Under the pieces are notes generated by a model. It saw nothing but the letters and a program-made list of their open reading frames with translations. It did no database searches and was not told the DNA's origin. A stretch of DNA of 63,051 nucleotides, the filler included, from Chrysochromulina tobinii (Eukaryota): the NCBI GenBank assembly GCA_001275005.1. It is 5 parts of 5 records of this genome, joined end to end, with 100 filler letters (N's around TTAATTAATTAA, not from the genome) between each part and the next. Parts side by side here need not be neighbours in the genome. Positions count along the whole stretch, not along the records: positions 58,072 to 63,051 come from JWZX01000945.1; 4 more parts are not named here. One strand, written 5' to 3'. The position numbers and the translations under genes are program-made. Each line of letters opens with the position of its first letter. Positions within the stretch are counted from its first letter, which is position 1. Positions 61,500 to 63,051 of the stretch are shown here, piece after piece.

Positions 61500-62093
61500 A
61501 TCTAACAGAATACGGCGCGCCTCCTCGATCGCCTTCGCTGCCTACGTCGCCTGCGCTGGCCGCTGCGGCCTCGCGCCGTGCCGAGCTCGCCGCCGCCTCA
61601 GCCACCTCCTTGGCCACAGCGAGCTCATCGTGCGCCCTGGCCACCTCCGCCGCCGCCGCCGCGCGCGCCCGGTGCGCCTCCTCCGTGAAGGCTCTGTGAA
61701 GACGACGAGTCCGGCTGTGAAGACGACGAGCCGAGCGCCGAGCCGAGCGCCGCGGAGCGACTCGCGCACCTCTGCCACCGACAGCAGCCGCATGCCCGTC
61801 GCCGCCCCTGTGGGGAACTTGCCCTCGGCCTCGAGCGCCGTGCGCAGCTGCTTGAGCTCGGCTCGGAGATCGCTCGCCTCCTGTCGGGAGATTGCGACCT
61901 CGCGGCTGGCTGTGCCTTCTGGCCGAGGCGCAGCGCTTCGAGCTGGGCGCGCACCTGTGGGAATGGCGAGGCGCCGTGGTGAGCATATGCATGCTGGCCG
62001 AGGCGACGCGCGCGCTGCCCGCGACGGCGCCCGCGCCCGCAACGGCGCTCGCCCAACCCTCGCGAGCATGCGTTACGCCTCCGCTGCCAACAC

Positions 62094-62126
<33 letters not shown>

Positions 62127-63051
62127 CGCCGCCGCGGCCACCGCCGCCCGAGGCATAACGCAGCGACGCGGGCGACGGGAGCGTGCGCACATAGGGCGAG
62201 CCGCCCTCCGAGAACGCCTTGGAGGCGCTCGAGACGGCGCTCGACTGTCCGCAGCCAAGCAGGCTCATCCTCCTCGGCTAACGAGCTGCTCCCGCTGGCG
62301 CTCGGGCTGTCGCCATACGTCGTGGGGCTCTCTTCGGGCAGTCGATGGAGCGGCAATGGCATGCCATCCGGATGGCGCTCTTGCCATCAAAACGTCGGCG
62401 GGACTGAGCGCCGTGTCGAGCGCCGCGGGAGCGCCGTTTCGAGCGCATCCACGTCGGCGGCGGCCCCGATTGCGGGGCCCATCAGCGCGATGCCGGAGCG
62501 CTCGAGGCTCTACGCGATGAGCGCATCGAGCTGCCGGTCACGCGCCCTGAGCGCCGCCTCGAGCGCCTCGATCCGCGCCTCGCGAGATCGAATCTGGTGC
62601 TCCGTCTTGTCCGTGCAGCCGTGGAATTCGACAAGACCGTGCAGCCGTTGCTCACGCTGATCGAGGTCGGCGACCACCTGATGATGGAGGCCATCAGACG
62701 CAATCAGAGACGCCATCTATCGCACTAGGACGCACTCAGACGCACTCGGGCGCACTCAGATGCACTCAGAAGCTCCTGCGACCTCACCTTCGCGTGGGCC
62801 GCGTGCTCGGCTTGCAGAAGCGAGATCGTACTCCTCGAGCTCCGACCGGCACGTGCTCGCCTGTGCCTGCGCCTCGGTGCATGCTGCCTCCGCCTCGGTG
62901 CGTTCGATGAGCAACCGCTCAGCCTCCGCCGCACGCTCGTGCAGCTCAACACGGCGCTCGTGCAACTCAACACGGCGCTCGTGCAGCTCGCGAGTCTTAC
63001 AGCCCCTCTTCGCGCCGTCGCTATCGGTCGGCATCGGCCGCCGGCCGCGCC
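61500..63051 (-). CDS. Multi-exon coiled-coil hypothetical protein, partial, possibly frameshifted
   Basis: ELHERRV repeats, EARIEALEAALRARD, DLRAELKQLRTALE; introns ending in the shared acceptor cassettes at ~62678 and ~61955. Confidence 0.5.

Overview
GC-rich eukaryotic nuclear DNA, most likely a haptophyte alga of the Chrysochromulina type. This is inferred from plastid-targeted hemB and parvulin, repeat-filled spliceosomal introns and AIAEALKVN-type LRR proteins. The window holds five sequence blocks joined by artificial 100-nt linkers (N44-TTAATTAATTAA-N44), so gene order across linkers may not be real. Recognisable genes are RPS9, a filamin-repeat protein, a ~24-exon armadillo-repeat protein, a Skp1/F-box/BspA-LRR fusion, hemB, a membrane-anchored GH5 glucanase, two methyltransferases, a beta-propeller lactonase, a TraB-family protein, parvulin, a degenerate TOP3B-like topoisomerase, RNI-like LRR proteins, an SLC12 cotransporter, coiled-coil proteins and several pseudogene fragments. 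The most striking signal is the intron architecture. Many introns sit between two copies of the exon junction (about 18-38 nt), use GT from the first copy and AG from the second, are filled with strand-biased ~10-nt repeats carrying a CTRAY branch-point-like core plus a stop codon, and reuse a few shared 3' splice-site cassettes. The same material also occurs antisense, once frameshifting a pseudogene and once read in frame in a CDS. This looks like an intron-generating process distinct from classical short-TSD Introners. Other leads are the Skp1-F-box-LRR fusion, a plastid-targeted prion-like repeat protein (candidate pyrenoid or condensate component) and the TOPRIM-degenerate TOP3B paralog.
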